Assembly (NCBI GenBank): GCA_964442645.1
Contig: CAYTZZ010000010.1
Coordinates: 12,638 to 76,637 of the forward strand
DNA from: an uncultured Bordetella sp.
GTDB lineage: Bacteria; Pseudomonadota; Gammaproteobacteria; Burkholderiales; Burkholderiaceae_C
DNA: 64,000 bases
Direction of reading: 5' to 3'
Position numbers and translations under genes: made by a program. Positions 1 to 10,303 of the stretch are shown here, one piece after another; the stretch's first letter is position 1; every line of letters begins with the position of its first letter. The notes below the pieces were generated by a model. That model worked only from the letters and a program-made list of their open reading frames with translations. It was not told the DNA's origin and did not search any database.

Positions 1-1
1 C

Positions 2-1375
2 TTTGTGGCGGGCGAGGTCTTCACCGATCGGGTGCGGGCCTGCTATCCCTTCGTTCGGATTCACACCGAAACTGTGCTGCGGACAGAAAAGCACGAGGGG
101 GCACACCTGAGCTACGGCTTCGTGGCGGGCCCGGGCCGGTACGAAACCACGCTGACGCGGCCCGACCTGTATGGCCGCTATTACCTGGAGCAATTCACGC
201 TGCTGCAACGCAACCATGGCGTCGAGTTGGAAATTGGGGTCAGCCACCACCCCATCCCCATTCACTTCTCCTTTGCAGAACACGACCATGTGGAGGGCGA
301 GCTCAGCGCCGAGCGGCGCCAGCTGATGCGCGATGTGTTCGACCTGCCCGACCTGGCCGCCATGGACGATGGCATTGCCAACGGTACCTGGGAGCCGCGC
401 GGCAGCGAATCGCTGCCCTTGTCGCTGTTCACCGCGCCGCGGGTGGACTACTCGCTGCATCGCCTGCGGCACTACACCGGCACCCGCCCTGATTATTTTC
501 AAAACTTTGTCTTGTTCACGAACTACCAGTTCTACATCGACGAGTTTGTGCGCCTGGGCCACGAGGCCATGGCCGACCCGCAAAGTGAGTTCATGGCTTT
601 TGTGGAGCCTGGCAATGTGGTCACCCGCCGCCAAGGCCTGCCAGCGCAGGCAGACGATGCTTTGGGCAAAGCGCCGCCCCGTCTGCCGCAGATGCCGGCC
701 TACCACCTGATGCGCAGCGACCGCACCGGCATCACCATGGTCAATATTGGCGTGGGCCCTGCGAACGCCAAGAACATCACCGACCACATTGCCGTGCTGC
801 GACCGCATGCCTGGATCATGCTGGGCCACTGCGCCGGCCTGCGCAACTCGCAGCAGCTGGGTGACTATGTGCTGGCCCACGGCTATGTGCGCGAAGACCA
901 TGTGCTGGATGAAGAGCTCCCCTTGTGGGTGCCGATTCCCGCGCTGGCCGAAATTCAGTTGGCACTGGAACAAGCCGTGGCCGATGTCACCCAGTGCAGT
1001 GGCGCCGATTTGAAGCGCATCATGCGCACCGGCACCGTGGCCAGCACCGACAACCGCAACTGGGAACTGCTGCCCGACAACACGCCCCAGCGCCGCTTCA
1101 GCCAAAGCCGTGCCGTGGCCCTGGACATGGAAAGCGCCACCATCGCTGCCAACGGCTTTCGTTTTCGCGTGCCTTATGGCACCTTGCTGTGCGTGAGCGA
1201 CAAGCCCTTGCACGGCGAAATCAAGCTGCCGGGCATGGCCAACCATTTTTACCGTGAACGTGTTGACCAACACTTGCGCATTGGCATGCGCGCCCTGGCG
1301 CTGTTGCGCAGCAAGGGCACCAGCGAACTGCACAGCCGCAAGTTGCGCAGCTTTGCAGAGGTGGCGTTCCAATGA
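2..1375 (+). CDS. amn: AMP nucleosidase (5' end lies outside the window)
   Basis: Frame is open from the window edge. Motifs YFQNFVLFTNYQFY, GITMVNIGVGPANAKNITDH, ALDMESATIAANGFRFRVPYGTLLCVSDKPLHGE are typical of AMP nucleosidase. Confidence 0.93.
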   Translation, partial: FVAGEVFTDRVRACYPFVRIHTETVLRTEKHEGAHLSYGFVAGPGRYETTLTRPDLYGRYYLEQFTLLQRNHGVELEIGVSHHPIPIHFSFAEHDHVEGELSAERRQLMRDVFDLPDLAAMDDGIANGTWEPRGSESLPLSLFTAPRVDYSLHRLRHYTGTRPDYFQNFVLFTNYQFYIDEFVRLGHEAMADPQSEFMAFVEPGNVVTRRQGLPAQADDALGKAPPRLPQMPAYHLMRSDRTGITMVNIGVGPANAKNITDHIAVLRPHAWIMLGHCAGLRNSQQLGDYVLAHGYVREDHVLDEELPLWVPIPALAEIQLALEQAVADVTQCSGADLKRIMRTGTVASTDNRNWELLPDNTPQRRFSQSRAVALDMESATIAANGFRFRVPYGTLLCVSDKPLHGEIKLPGMANHFYRERVDQHLRIGMRALALLRSKGTSELHSRKLRSFAEVAFQ

Positions 1376-2295
1376 GTGCACCCTATTTGGTGTGCGAGCA
1401 CCTGGTGAAAAGCTATGGCGATGCGCGCGTGGTGGACGATGTGTCTTTTTCCATCGCTCCGGGCGAATGCCTGGGCGTGATTGGCCCCAACGGCGCCGGC
1501 AAGACCACCACCCTGCGCATGTGCCTGGGGCTGACCGCTCCGGACAGCGGCGAAGTCCAGGCCTTTGGCCTGCACATGCCGGCCAATGCCCTGGCCATCA
1601 AGCAACGCCTTGGCGTGGTCAGCCAGTTTGACACACTGGACCCTGATTTCACCTGCGCTGAAAACCTCGAGGTGTATGGACGCTACTTCGGCCTGAGCAA
1701 GGCCACCTTGCGTGAACGTGTGGGGCCCTTGTTGTCCTTTGCCGCCCTGTCGCACAAGGCCACGGCCAAGCCCGGTGAGTTGTCGGGCGGCATGAAGCGC
1801 CGCCTCAGCCTGGCGCGGGCCTTGATCAACAACCCTGAGTTGCTGTTGCTCGACGAGCCCACCACCGGCCTGGACCCGCAAGCACGCCACCTGATGTGGG
1901 AGCGCTTACAGCAGTTGTTACAGCAAGGCAAATCCATTTTGTTGACCACCCATTTCATGGACGAAGCGGAACGCTTGTGCGACCGGCTGCTGTTGCTCGA
2001 CCATGGCAAAAAAATGGTGGAAGGCACGCCACGCGCCTTGATCGACGCCCACCTGGAACCCGACGTGGTGGAGGTCTTCGGCCCGGGTGCCTTGGCCTTG
2101 ATGCAAGCGCCGCTGGCCAGCTTGGCCCATCGTGTGGAAAGCAGTGGTGACACCGTTTTCTTCTACACCTCGGAGGCAGCGCCTTTGTTGCAAGCCTTGT
2201 CCGCCGTGCCGGGCTTGCGCACCCTGCACCGGCCCGCCAATCTGGAGGACCTGTTTTTGAAACTGACGGGTCGCCAAATTCGGGAGGATGCATGA
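1372..2295 (+). CDS. nodI: ABC exporter ATP-binding subunit, NodI-like
   Basis: Walker A GPNGAGKTT, signature LSGGMKRR, LLLLDEPTTGLDPQARH. ATGA overlap with amn; coupled to a NodJ-like permease. Confidence 0.8.
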   Translation: MSAPYLVCEHLVKSYGDARVVDDVSFSIAPGECLGVIGPNGAGKTTTLRMCLGLTAPDSGEVQAFGLHMPANALAIKQRLGVVSQFDTLDPDFTCAENLEVYGRYFGLSKATLRERVGPLLSFAALSHKATAKPGELSGGMKRRLSLARALINNPELLLLDEPTTGLDPQARHLMWERLQQLLQQGKSILLTTHFMDEAERLCDRLLLLDHGKKMVEGTPRALIDAHLEPDVVEVFGPGALALMQAPLASLAHRVESSGDTVFFYTSEAAPLLQALSAVPGLRTLHRPANLEDLFLKLTGRQIREDA

Positions 2296-3056
2296 TGCGT
2301 TGGTGGCCGGTGTTTTTGCGCAACCTGCGCGTCTGGCGGAAACTGGCCATACCGAGTTTGGTGGGCAACATTGCCGAGCCCTTGATGTGGTTGGTGGCCT
2401 TTGGCTATGGTTTGGGCGCCTTGGTGGGCGAGGTCAGCCTGGGCGAGGACAAAGTGCCCTACTTGCTGTTTTTGGCCAGTGGCTCGGTCTGTATGAGTGC
2501 CATGAATGCAGCCACCTTTGAAGCTTTGTACTCCGCGTTTTCGCGCATGCATGTGCAAAAAACCTGGGATGGCATCATGAACGCCCCGATTCGCCTGAGC
2601 GACATCGTGCTGGCGGAAATGCTGTGGGCGGCCTTCAAGTCGCTGTTGGCGGTGACGGCCATTCTGGCGGTGATGCTGGGCCTGGGCATCAGCCACAGCC
2701 CCAAGCTGCTGCTGGCTTGGCCCTTGCTGTGGGGCGTGGGCATCACCTTCAGTTGCCTGGCCTTGATCTTCAATGCACTGGCCAAAGGCTATGACTTTTT
2801 CACCTATTACTTCACGCTGTTCCTCACCCCCATGACTTTTTTAAGCGGTGTGTTTTTTCCGCGCGAGCAATTGCCGCCCCTGGTGTACGGGCTGTCCGAG
2901 TTGTTGCCACTGACCCATGCCGTCGAGTTGATTCGCCCCTTGTTCATGAACCATTGGCCCGAGCACGGGCTGTGGCATGCCGGCGTGTTGCTGGCCTATG
3001 CCGTCGTGGCCTACCGAATAGCCTTGGCGTTGACGCTCAAGCGCTTCAAACAATGA
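2292..3056 (+). CDS. nodJ: ABC-2 type exporter permease, NodJ-like
   Basis: About 6 TM segments. AATFEALYSAFSRMHVQKTWDGIMNAP and FLSGVFFP are ABC-2/NodJ motifs. ATGA overlap with nodI. Confidence 0.8.
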   Translation: MMRWWPVFLRNLRVWRKLAIPSLVGNIAEPLMWLVAFGYGLGALVGEVSLGEDKVPYLLFLASGSVCMSAMNAATFEALYSAFSRMHVQKTWDGIMNAPIRLSDIVLAEMLWAAFKSLLAVTAILAVMLGLGISHSPKLLLAWPLLWGVGITFSCLALIFNALAKGYDFFTYYFTLFLTPMTFLSGVFFPREQLPPLVYGLSELLPLTHAVELIRPLFMNHWPEHGLWHAGVLLAYAVVAYRIALALTLKRFKQ

Positions 3057-3075
3057 TGAACCGGAGTTGACCCGC

Positions 3076-4065
3076 ATGTCTGTTTCTTCTTCACACCCCG
3101 CAGCGCTGGAGCATTTGGGCCCAGGTTGGTTTGTGCTGGTCATGGGTTGGTCGGGCTTGGCCATGGCCTGGTTCCGTGCGGCGCCTCTTTTGGGTGACAA
3201 CGCGCCGCTGCTCGGCCAAGCTGCGGCCACTGTGGCGGCCGGTATTTTTCTGAGCTTGGTGGTGGCCATGGCCTTGCGGTTGTCGCGCTACCGCGCAGCG
3301 GTGCAAGCCGATCTGCGACATCCGGTGAAGCATGCTTTTGTGGCGGCGCTGCCCATTTCCTTGCTGCTGCTGGGCACCCTGACCGTGACCGCCTTAGACC
3401 CCACAGCCGCCCTCGGCCCCATCCTGTGGTGGATGGGTTCTTTGGGCGAAATGGCCGCCACCGTCTGGGTGCTGGCGCGCTGGCTGCGCGCCAAAGAGCA
3501 AGGCGGTTTGCAATGGCCTGCCGTCACGCCCGTGCTGTTCATCCCGGTCGTGGGCAATGTGATTGTGCCCCTGGCGGGCATCCCCTTGGGGCATGAGGCT
3601 TGGTCGGCAGCGCAGTTCGCGATTGGCCTGTTTTTGTGGCCCGCCTTGCTGGTGCTGTTGCTGGCACGCATGGTCATGGCCGGCCCCTTGCCCGGCCGCA
3701 TGACGGGCACTTTGTTCATCATGGCGGCCCCGCCCTCGGTGATCGGTCTGTGCTTCTTGCAGTGGGAGTTGGCACCTGCGACAGCCTGGGGCGCCTGGGG
3801 CATTGCGCTGTTTTCTATTTTGTGGGCGCTGACCCAGTTGGCGGTGCTGCGCCAACAGCCCTTCGGCATTCCGCACTGGGGCATGAGCTTTCCCTCGGCA
3901 GCGTTCGCCGCCTTGAGTTTGCGCTTGAGCCAAACCCCCGGCGGCGAGTGGCTGAGCTTGCCGGCAACCGCCCTGCTGGCCGTGGCTTCGGTGGTCATTG
4001 TGGGGCTGACCCTGTCCACCTGGCGCGGCCTGCGCCAAGGGCGCTTGCTGGTGCCGGACGCCTGA
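3076..4065 (+). CDS. SLAC1/TDT family (tellurite-resistance/C4-dicarboxylate) anion transporter
   Basis: About 10 TM segments. Motifs PGWFVLVMGWSGL, DLRHPVKHAFVAALPI, PVLFIPVVGNVI, HWGMSFP. GGAG 9 nt before the ATG at 3076. Confidence 0.8.
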   Translation: MSVSSSHPAALEHLGPGWFVLVMGWSGLAMAWFRAAPLLGDNAPLLGQAAATVAAGIFLSLVVAMALRLSRYRAAVQADLRHPVKHAFVAALPISLLLLGTLTVTALDPTAALGPILWWMGSLGEMAATVWVLARWLRAKEQGGLQWPAVTPVLFIPVVGNVIVPLAGIPLGHEAWSAAQFAIGLFLWPALLVLLLARMVMAGPLPGRMTGTLFIMAAPPSVIGLCFLQWELAPATAWGAWGIALFSILWALTQLAVLRQQPFGIPHWGMSFPSAAFAALSLRLSQTPGGEWLSLPATALLAVASVVIVGLTLSTWRGLRQGRLLVPDA

Positions 4066-4131
4066 AACCGCGATTCCCCTCACAAAAGTCAAGAATCCTT
4101 GCTTGACCGTAGGGGCAATCCGCGCGCCGGA

Positions 4132-4150
4132 ATCCCCTAAGATTGGGGAT
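4132..4150. promoter_or_regulatory. Inverted repeat ATCCCC-N7-GGGGAT upstream of glcB, candidate operator
   Basis: Perfect 6-bp dyad 37 nt upstream of the glcB ATG. Related half-sites GATTCCCCT (4072-4080) and AGGGGCAATC (4111-4120) lie nearby. Confidence 0.35.
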
Positions 4151-4187
4151 ACAGAATTTTCATTTTTCACTTTAGAAGAGCCTTGCC

Positions 4188-6395
4188 ATGACATCACGCA
4201 CCATCGTTCACCGCCTGGAGGTTGCCAGCAACCTGTACCACTTCATCGAAGACCAAGTGCTGCCCGGCACGGGCGTCAGCAGCGACAGCTTCTGGAAGGG
4301 CTTTGACGGCATCGTCGCCGACCTGGCCCCGAAGAACATGGCGCTGTTGGCGGAGCGGGACCGCATTCAATCTGAAATGGATGCCTGGCACCAGGCCCAC
4401 CCTGGCCCGATCAAAAACATGAAGGCTTACCGTGCCTTCCTCGAAAAAATTGGCTACCTCGTACCCGATCCCGGCAAGGTCAAGACCACCACCGCCAACG
4501 TCGATGCCGAGCTGGCCATTCAGGCCGGCCCGCAGTTGGTGGTGCCGATCCTGAATGCGCGCTATGCCTTGAACGCCGCCAACGCACGTTGGGGCTCCCT
4601 GTACGACGCCCTGTACGGCACCGATGTGCTGCCGGAAACCGACGGCGCGGCCAAAGGCCCGGGCTACAACCCTGTGCGCGGCGCCAAAGTGATTGAGTAC
4701 GCACGCTATGTGCTCGACCGCACCGTGCCCTTGAAGAGTGGCTCGCACATTGATTCCACCGGCTATGCCGTGGAAAACGGCGAGCTGGTGGTGACGCTCA
4801 AGAACGGCAAACGCGTGAAGCTGGCCAAGGGCTCGCAGTTTGTGGGCTTCCAGGGCCCAGCAGCCCAACCCGCCTCGGTGCTGTTCGAGCACAACGGCCT
4901 GCACCTGGACCTGCAGATCAACCGCAACACCCCGATTGGCGCGACCGACCCTGCCGGCGTTTGCGACCTGGTGGTGGAAGCCGCCTTGTCGACCATTCTG
5001 GACCTGGAAGATTCCGTGGCCGCCGTGGATGCCGACGACAAAGTCTTGGCCTACCGCAACTGGCTGGGCATTCTCAAGGGCACCTTGACGGAAGAAGTGG
5101 CCAAAGGCGGCAAAACCTTCACCCGCGGCTTGAACCTGGACCGCAACTACACCGGCGCCAAGGGCCAGCCCGTGACCCTGCATGGCCGCTCGCTCTTGTT
5201 TGTGCGCAATGTGGGCCACCTGATGACCAACCCGGCGATTTTGTACACCGGCAACGATGGCGTCACCCATGAAATTCCCGAAGGCATCATGGACGCCATG
5301 ATCACCACCACCATCGCCTTGCACGACCTGCAAGGGCATGGCGCCAACGGCATTCGCAACTCACGCACCGGCTCGGTGTACATCGTCAAGCCCAAGATGC
5401 ACGGCCCCGCCGAAGTGGCCTTTGCCGCCGAGTTGTTCACCCGCGTGGAAAAAGTGCTGGGCCTGGCCGACAGCACCGTCAAGCTGGGCATCATGGACGA
5501 AGAGCGTCGCACCAGCGTGAACCTGAAGGCTTGCATTGCCGCCGCCAAGAGCCGCGTGGCCTTCATCAACACCGGCTTCCTGGACCGCACCGGCGACGAA
5601 ATGCACACCGCCATGCTGGCCGGCCCCATGCTGCGCAAGGGCGACATGAAATCCAGCGCCTGGATTCAGGCCTATGAGCGCAACAACGTGCTGGTGGGCC
5701 TGTCCTGCGGCCTGCGCGGCCGTGCCCAGATTGGCAAGGGCATGTGGGCCATGCCCGACCTGATGGCGGCCATGATGCAGCAAAAAATCGCCCATCCCAA
5801 AGCCGGCGCCAACACCGCCTGGGTGCCCAGCCCGACAGCAGCCACCTTGCATGCCCTGCACTACCACCAGGTGAAGGTCAGCGACGTGCAAAAAGGCCTG
5901 GAGAAAACGCCCGCCGACAGCGTGCGTGACGCCCTGCTCAACGACTTGTTGCAAGTGCCTGTGGTGGCCAAGCCCAAGTGGTCTGCCGCCGACAAGCAGC
6001 AAGAGCTGGACAACAACGTGCAAGGCATTCTGGGCTACGTGGTGCGCTGGGTGGACCAGGGCGTGGGCTGCTCCAAAGTACCCGACATCCACAACGTGGG
6101 CCTGATGGAAGACCGCGCGACCTTGCGCATTTCCAGCCAGCACATTGCCAACTGGCTGCACCATGGCGTGGTGACCCCGGCCGAAGTGAAAGCCACCTTC
6201 AAGCGCATGGCCGGCGTGGTCGACAAGCAAAATGCCGGCGACCCGCTGTACCAAAAAATGTCGGGGCGCTTCAGCACTTCGGCCGCCTACCAGGCCGCAT
6301 TGGACTTGGTGTTCAAGGGCAAGGCACAGCCCAGCGGCTACACCGAGCCACTGCTGCATGCCTGGCGCCTGAAAGTCAAAGAAGCGCTGGCCTGA
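4188..6395 (+). CDS. glcB: Malate synthase G
   Basis: 735 aa. [71 protein letters not shown]. Confidence 0.97.
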   Translation: MTSRTIVHRLEVASNLYHFIEDQVLPGTGVSSDSFWKGFDGIVADLAPKNMALLAERDRIQSEMDAWHQAHPGPIKNMKAYRAFLEKIGYLVPDPGKVKTTTANVDAELAIQAGPQLVVPILNARYALNAANARWGSLYDALYGTDVLPETDGAAKGPGYNPVRGAKVIEYARYVLDRTVPLKSGSHIDSTGYAVENGELVVTLKNGKRVKLAKGSQFVGFQGPAAQPASVLFEHNGLHLDLQINRNTPIGATDPAGVCDLVVEAALSTILDLEDSVAAVDADDKVLAYRNWLGILKGTLTEEVAKGGKTFTRGLNLDRNYTGAKGQPVTLHGRSLLFVRNVGHLMTNPAILYTGNDGVTHEIPEGIMDAMITTTIALHDLQGHGANGIRNSRTGSVYIVKPKMHGPAEVAFAAELFTRVEKVLGLADSTVKLGIMDEERRTSVNLKACIAAAKSRVAFINTGFLDRTGDEMHTAMLAGPMLRKGDMKSSAWIQAYERNNVLVGLSCGLRGRAQIGKGMWAMPDLMAAMMQQKIAHPKAGANTAWVPSPTAATLHALHYHQVKVSDVQKGLEKTPADSVRDALLNDLLQVPVVAKPKWSAADKQQELDNNVQGILGYVVRWVDQGVGCSKVPDIHNVGLMEDRATLRISSQHIANWLHHGVVTPAEVKATFKRMAGVVDKQNAGDPLYQKMSGRFSTSAAYQAALDLVFKGKAQPSGYTEPLLHAWRLKVKEALA

Positions 6396-6415
6396 GTCGC
6401 GCGTCGTCTTTCAGT

Positions 6416-6439
6416 AAGGCCTCTTCGGAGGCCTTTTTT
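6416..6439 (+). terminator. Intrinsic terminator after glcB
   Basis: AAGGCCTC-TTCG-GAGGCCTT followed by TTTT, 20 nt after the glcB stop. Confidence 0.85.
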
Positions 6440-6495
6440 CTACTCGGGCGTCAACACGAACGTTATGATGGACCTCCGCTTGAGGTGATTGCAGC

Positions 6496-6894
6496 ATGTC
6501 CACGCCCCCGTTTCTCCAAAATTTTGTACGCCAACTCTGGCGTGCCCTGTTCGCCGCCTTGTTGGCGGTGAGCGCGCTGGTGGGCTTGTACCTGGCCTTC
6601 ACTTACAACTTCGCCTACTCGCGTGGCGAAAGCGTGGGCTTCGTGCAGAAGCTGTCTTACAAAGGCTGGGTTTGCAAAACATGGGAAGGCGAGCAAATGC
6701 GTGCCGTGGCCACGATGCCGGCGGTGCCAGAGAAATTTACTTTCACGGTGCGTGACGCCGCCGTGGTGGACAAGATCAATGCCCACCTTGGCAAGAAGGT
6801 GGTGCTGGAGTACGCGCAGCACCGAGGCCTGCCGTCTTGTTTGGGTGACACCGAGCATTTTGTGGTCGATGTTCGTCCCGCACCGGAAGAGTGA
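6496..6894 (+). CDS. Conserved hypothetical membrane-anchored protein
   Basis: 132 aa, one N-terminal TM helix, then YSRGESVGFVQKLSYKGWVCKTWEGE and a C-terminal PSCLGDTEHFV. GAGG upstream; host-like codon usage. Confidence 0.75.
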   Translation: MSTPPFLQNFVRQLWRALFAALLAVSALVGLYLAFTYNFAYSRGESVGFVQKLSYKGWVCKTWEGEQMRAVATMPAVPEKFTFTVRDAAVVDKINAHLGKKVVLEYAQHRGLPSCLGDTEHFVVDVRPAPEE

Positions 6895-7112
6895 CGCAAA
6901 GCATGATCGACCCATGCCGATGCCCCCTGTGTGGCCAACCCAACCGTTGTGCCATGACGCAAGCTGTCGGCAGCAGCGCACAACACACACACTGCTGGTG
7001 CGTCAACGTCTCGTTTTCAGCAGAGCTGCTGGCGCGTGTGCCAGCCCAAGCAGAGCGCAAGGCTTGCATCTGTCAAGCGTGCGCCACCCGCCAGGCCATG
7101 CCTCATGAGTGA
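6891..7112 (+). CDS. Cysteine-rich CWC family protein
   Basis: 73 aa with CPLCGQPNRC, HCWC and ACICQAC. GTGA overlap with the upstream gene (alternative ATG at 6903). Confidence 0.8.
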   Translation: MTQSMIDPCRCPLCGQPNRCAMTQAVGSSAQHTHCWCVNVSFSAELLARVPAQAERKACICQACATRQAMPHE

Positions 7113-8565
7113 CCCTGGCTCGCTGGCGGCCTTGAGGCAGCGCCATGGCCCACGCCACCGCTGGCTGCTGCTGGCCACCGTGATGCTGGGCTCAATGGCC
7201 GCCATCATGTCGTCCACCATCATGAACGTGGGCATCCCCGATATGAGCCGCCAATTTGCCTTGGGGCAAGAGCGCGCGCAGTGGGTCAGTTCGGTGTTCA
7301 TGGTGGCCATGACCGTGTCCATGCTGACCACGCCCTGGCTGCTGGCACGTTTCGGCTATCGCCGCACCTACATGGGCTGCATGGGCTTGCTGATGGGGGC
7401 TGGCATCTTGGGCGGCCTGTCCAGCAACTTTGACTTCGTGCTCCTGATGCGCGTGGCCGAAGGGCTGGCCGCGGGGGTGGTGCAGCCGATTCCGGCCATC
7501 ATCATCTTGCGCGCCTTTGAAACCGAAGAGCAAGGACGTGCCAACAGCTGGTTCGGTATGGGCGTGGTGCTGGCACCGGCCATTGGCCCCAGCATTGGTG
7601 GCTTGTTGGTGGACGCCATGGGCTGGCGCTCTTTATTTTTCATGGTGGTGCCGTTTTGCCTGGTGTCGATGTGGCTGTCACAACGCTATGTGCCCACGAC
7701 AGCGCCAGGAGGGGTCAGCGCCAACCAGGGCAACCCGAGTTTGGACGTGGGCGGCCTGGTATTGGCCACGGTGGGCACGTTGTGTTTGTTGAACGGCTTG
7801 GTCAGCCTGCACAGCGGTGACTGGCAGCTGGCCAGTGGCTTGCTGGGGACGGCGGCCGCAAGCGCGTTTGGCTTTGTCGCCTGGCAGCGATGGTTGATTC
7901 GGCGCGCGCGTTTTCCGCTGATGAACCTGACGCTTTTTTCTCACCGGGCTTATGCCATGGGGACCTTGGTCGCCTTCATTTATGGCATTGCCTTGTTCGG
8001 CTCAACTTACCTGATTCCGCTGTATCTGCAATTGGGGCTGGGCTTGTCGGCGAGCCATGTGGGCACCTTGCTGATTCCAGCGGGCTTGATCCTGGCCGCC
8101 ACCATTGCGGTCGTGGGACGTTATTCCAGCACCCACCCGACCCATTTGCTGGTGAGCTTCGGCCTGGCTTTGCTGGCATCGTCTTTTGCGCTGATGGTCC
8201 TGGTTCAACTGGACACCGCCCTGTGGGTGTTGGTTGCCTTGGCTGTGTTGGGCCGTGTTGGCTTGGGCTTTGTGTTGCCCTCGCTGAACATTGGCGCCAT
8301 GCGCTCACTGCAACCCAGCTTGATCCCCCAAGGGGCCAGCACCATCAATTTTTTGCGCATGCTCGGTGGCGCGGCAGGCGTCAGTTTGTGTGGCATTTTG
8401 CTGGAATGGCGCTTGAGCGTACATGGCGACTCCCTGACGCAGCCGCACACCTCCGTGGCACGCCTGCAGGCCTTCGATGAGGTCTTTCTCCTGCTGGCGG
8501 CCTGTTGCGCCTTGGCCATGCTGGCTGCCTGGAAAATCCGCACCACCCATCCTGCACGCGCATAG
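7105..8565 (+). CDS. MFS transporter, DHA2 (14-TM) efflux family
   Basis: SSTIMNVGIPDMSRQF, LARFGYRR, MRVAEGLAAG, LAPAIGPSIGGLL (motif C). Start taken at ATG 7105, which overlaps the end of the CWC gene. Confidence 0.88.
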   Translation: MSDPGSLAALRQRHGPRHRWLLLATVMLGSMAAIMSSTIMNVGIPDMSRQFALGQERAQWVSSVFMVAMTVSMLTTPWLLARFGYRRTYMGCMGLLMGAGILGGLSSNFDFVLLMRVAEGLAAGVVQPIPAIIILRAFETEEQGRANSWFGMGVVLAPAIGPSIGGLLVDAMGWRSLFFMVVPFCLVSMWLSQRYVPTTAPGGVSANQGNPSLDVGGLVLATVGTLCLLNGLVSLHSGDWQLASGLLGTAAASAFGFVAWQRWLIRRARFPLMNLTLFSHRAYAMGTLVAFIYGIALFGSTYLIPLYLQLGLGLSASHVGTLLIPAGLILAATIAVVGRYSSTHPTHLLVSFGLALLASSFALMVLVQLDTALWVLVALAVLGRVGLGFVLPSLNIGAMRSLQPSLIPQGASTINFLRMLGGAAGVSLCGILLEWRLSVHGDSLTQPHTSVARLQAFDEVFLLLAACCALAMLAAWKIRTTHPARA

Positions 8566-8588
8566 AACCTGCGTTGAGAGGTTTCCCC

Positions 8589-9362
8589 ATGTGTCAATTG
8601 CTTGGACTGAACTGCAACAACCCCACCGATGCCACCTTCAGCTTCACCGGGTTTTCTCAGCGTGCCGGGATCACCGACCATCACGCCGATGGCTGGGGTA
8701 TCGCCTTTTTTGAGGGAGACGAGAAGGACCGGGGTCTGCGCCACTTTGTGGACCACCTGCCCGCCAGCACCTCGCCGTTTGCCGAGTTGCTGCGTCGCTA
8801 CCCCATCAAAAGTCGCAACGTGATTTCCCATATTCGCAAAGCCACACAAGGCCAGGTGGCGCTGGAGAATTGCCACCCGTTTGTGCGCGAGCTATGGGGG
8901 CGCTATTGGGTGTTCGCGCACAACGGCAACCTGGAAAATTTTGAGCCTCGGCTGCACGGCAGCTTTCGCCCCGTGGGGCAAACCGACAGTGAGCGGGCTT
9001 TTTGCTGGCTGATGCAAGAGCTGGCCAAGTCACACGCCAGCGTACCCTCGGTGGCGGAGCTGACCCTCACGCTGCAGGAACTCACGCCCGCCATTGCGCG
9101 GCATGGGACCTTCAATTATTTGCTGTCCAATGGCCAAGCCTTGTGGGCGCATGCCTCAACCCATTTGTGCTACGTTGAGCGCAAACACCCCTTTGCCAGC
9201 GCCACGCTGAGCGACCAAGACCTGAGCATCAACTTTGCCGAACATGCACAAGCCAACGATCGTGTGGCCGTGATTGTGACCACCCCTTTGACAACCAACG
9301 AGCAGTGGACCTCTTTGGCCCCCGGCGAGTTGCGGGTGTTTGTCGACGGGCAATCGGTTTAA
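8589..9362 (+). CDS. Class II glutamine amidotransferase (YafJ-like)
   Basis: Starts MCQLLG (N-terminal nucleophile Cys2). HADGWGIAFF, HIRKATQG, NCHPF, FAHNG, GQTDSERAF. Confidence 0.9.
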   Translation: MCQLLGLNCNNPTDATFSFTGFSQRAGITDHHADGWGIAFFEGDEKDRGLRHFVDHLPASTSPFAELLRRYPIKSRNVISHIRKATQGQVALENCHPFVRELWGRYWVFAHNGNLENFEPRLHGSFRPVGQTDSERAFCWLMQELAKSHASVPSVAELTLTLQELTPAIARHGTFNYLLSNGQALWAHASTHLCYVERKHPFASATLSDQDLSINFAEHAQANDRVAVIVTTPLTTNEQWTSLAPGELRVFVDGQSV

Positions 9363-10303
9363 GCGCAGGCTTGTTCCAAGGCTTGCAGGAAAAGTTGGGC
9401 CACATCGCAGCCTGCCTGGTCGGTGATTTCCTGAAAGCAGGTGGGGCTGGTGACATTCACCTCGGTGAGGCAGTCGCCAATCACGTCCAATCCAACCAGC
9501 AGCAAGCCGCGCGCAAAAAGCGTGGGGCCCAAAGCCTCTGCAATTTCGCGATCGCGTGCTGACAAGGCTTGGGCCACACCTTTGCCGCCAGCCGCCAAAT
9601 TGCCTCGCACTTCACCCCCTTGCGGAATGCGTGCCAAACAGTAAGGCACGGGTTTGCCGCCGATGACCAGCACGCGTTTGTCGCCTTGCGCGATGGCCGG
9701 AATGAACTTTTGCACCATCACGGTTTGGGCGCCGTCGCGGTTCAGGGTTTCAATGATGCCGCCCAAATTGAGCGCATCGTCTTTGACGCGAAAGATGCCC
9801 ATGCCACCCATGCCGTCCAGTGGCTTGAGGATGATGTCGCGGTGCTCGGCATGAAAGGCGCGAATGGCTTGCGCATCGCGCGTGACCAAGGTGGGGCTGA
9901 TGAAGTCGGCAAACTCCAGAATGGCCAGCTTCTCGGGATGGTCGCGCAAGGCACGCGGTTTGTTGAACACGCGCGCGCCTTCGCGCTCGGCTTGTTCCAG
10001 CAAATGGGTGGCGTAGAAATACTCGCTGTCGAACGGCGGGTCTTTGCGCATCACGATGGCGTCCATCGTGTGAAGTGCCTGGTTTTGGCGCGAGACCACT
10101 TCAAACCAATCGTCAGGCGCACCGGTAAGGCGAATTTGCCGCAAAGGGGCGCGCACCTTACCGCTGCTGACCCAGGTGATGTCTTGCGGCTCGCAGGCAT
10201 AGACCGTGTGGCCTCGGCGCTGTGCTTCGCGCATCATGGCGAAGGTGGTGTCTTTGTAGATCTTGAAGGTGTGCAGCGGATCTGCGACAAACAGCAGTTT
10301 CAT
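9359..10303 (-). CDS. gshB: Glutathione synthetase
   Basis: KDTTFAMMREAQRRG, MRKDPPFDSEY, KPLDGMGGMGIFR, RGNLAAGG, EVNVTSPT. Confidence 0.96.
   Translation of the reverse strand: MKLLFVADPLHTFKIYKDTTFAMMREAQRRGHTVYACEPQDITWVSSGKVRAPLRQIRLTGAPDDWFEVVSRQNQALHTMDAIVMRKDPPFDSEYFYATHLLEQAEREGARVFNKPRALRDHPEKLAILEFADFISPTLVTRDAQAIRAFHAEHRDIILKPLDGMGGMGIFRVKDDALNLGGIIETLNRDGAQTVMVQKFIPAIAQGDKRVLVIGGKPVPYCLARIPQGGEVRGNLAAGGKGVAQALSARDREIAEALGPTLFARGLLLVGLDVIGDCLTEVNVTSPTCFQEITDQAGCDVAQLFLQALEQACA

Noticed and set aside
1372-3056. Nodulation or symbiosis island
   Set aside because: Only nodIJ-like exporter genes are present, with no nodABC, nif or mobility genes.
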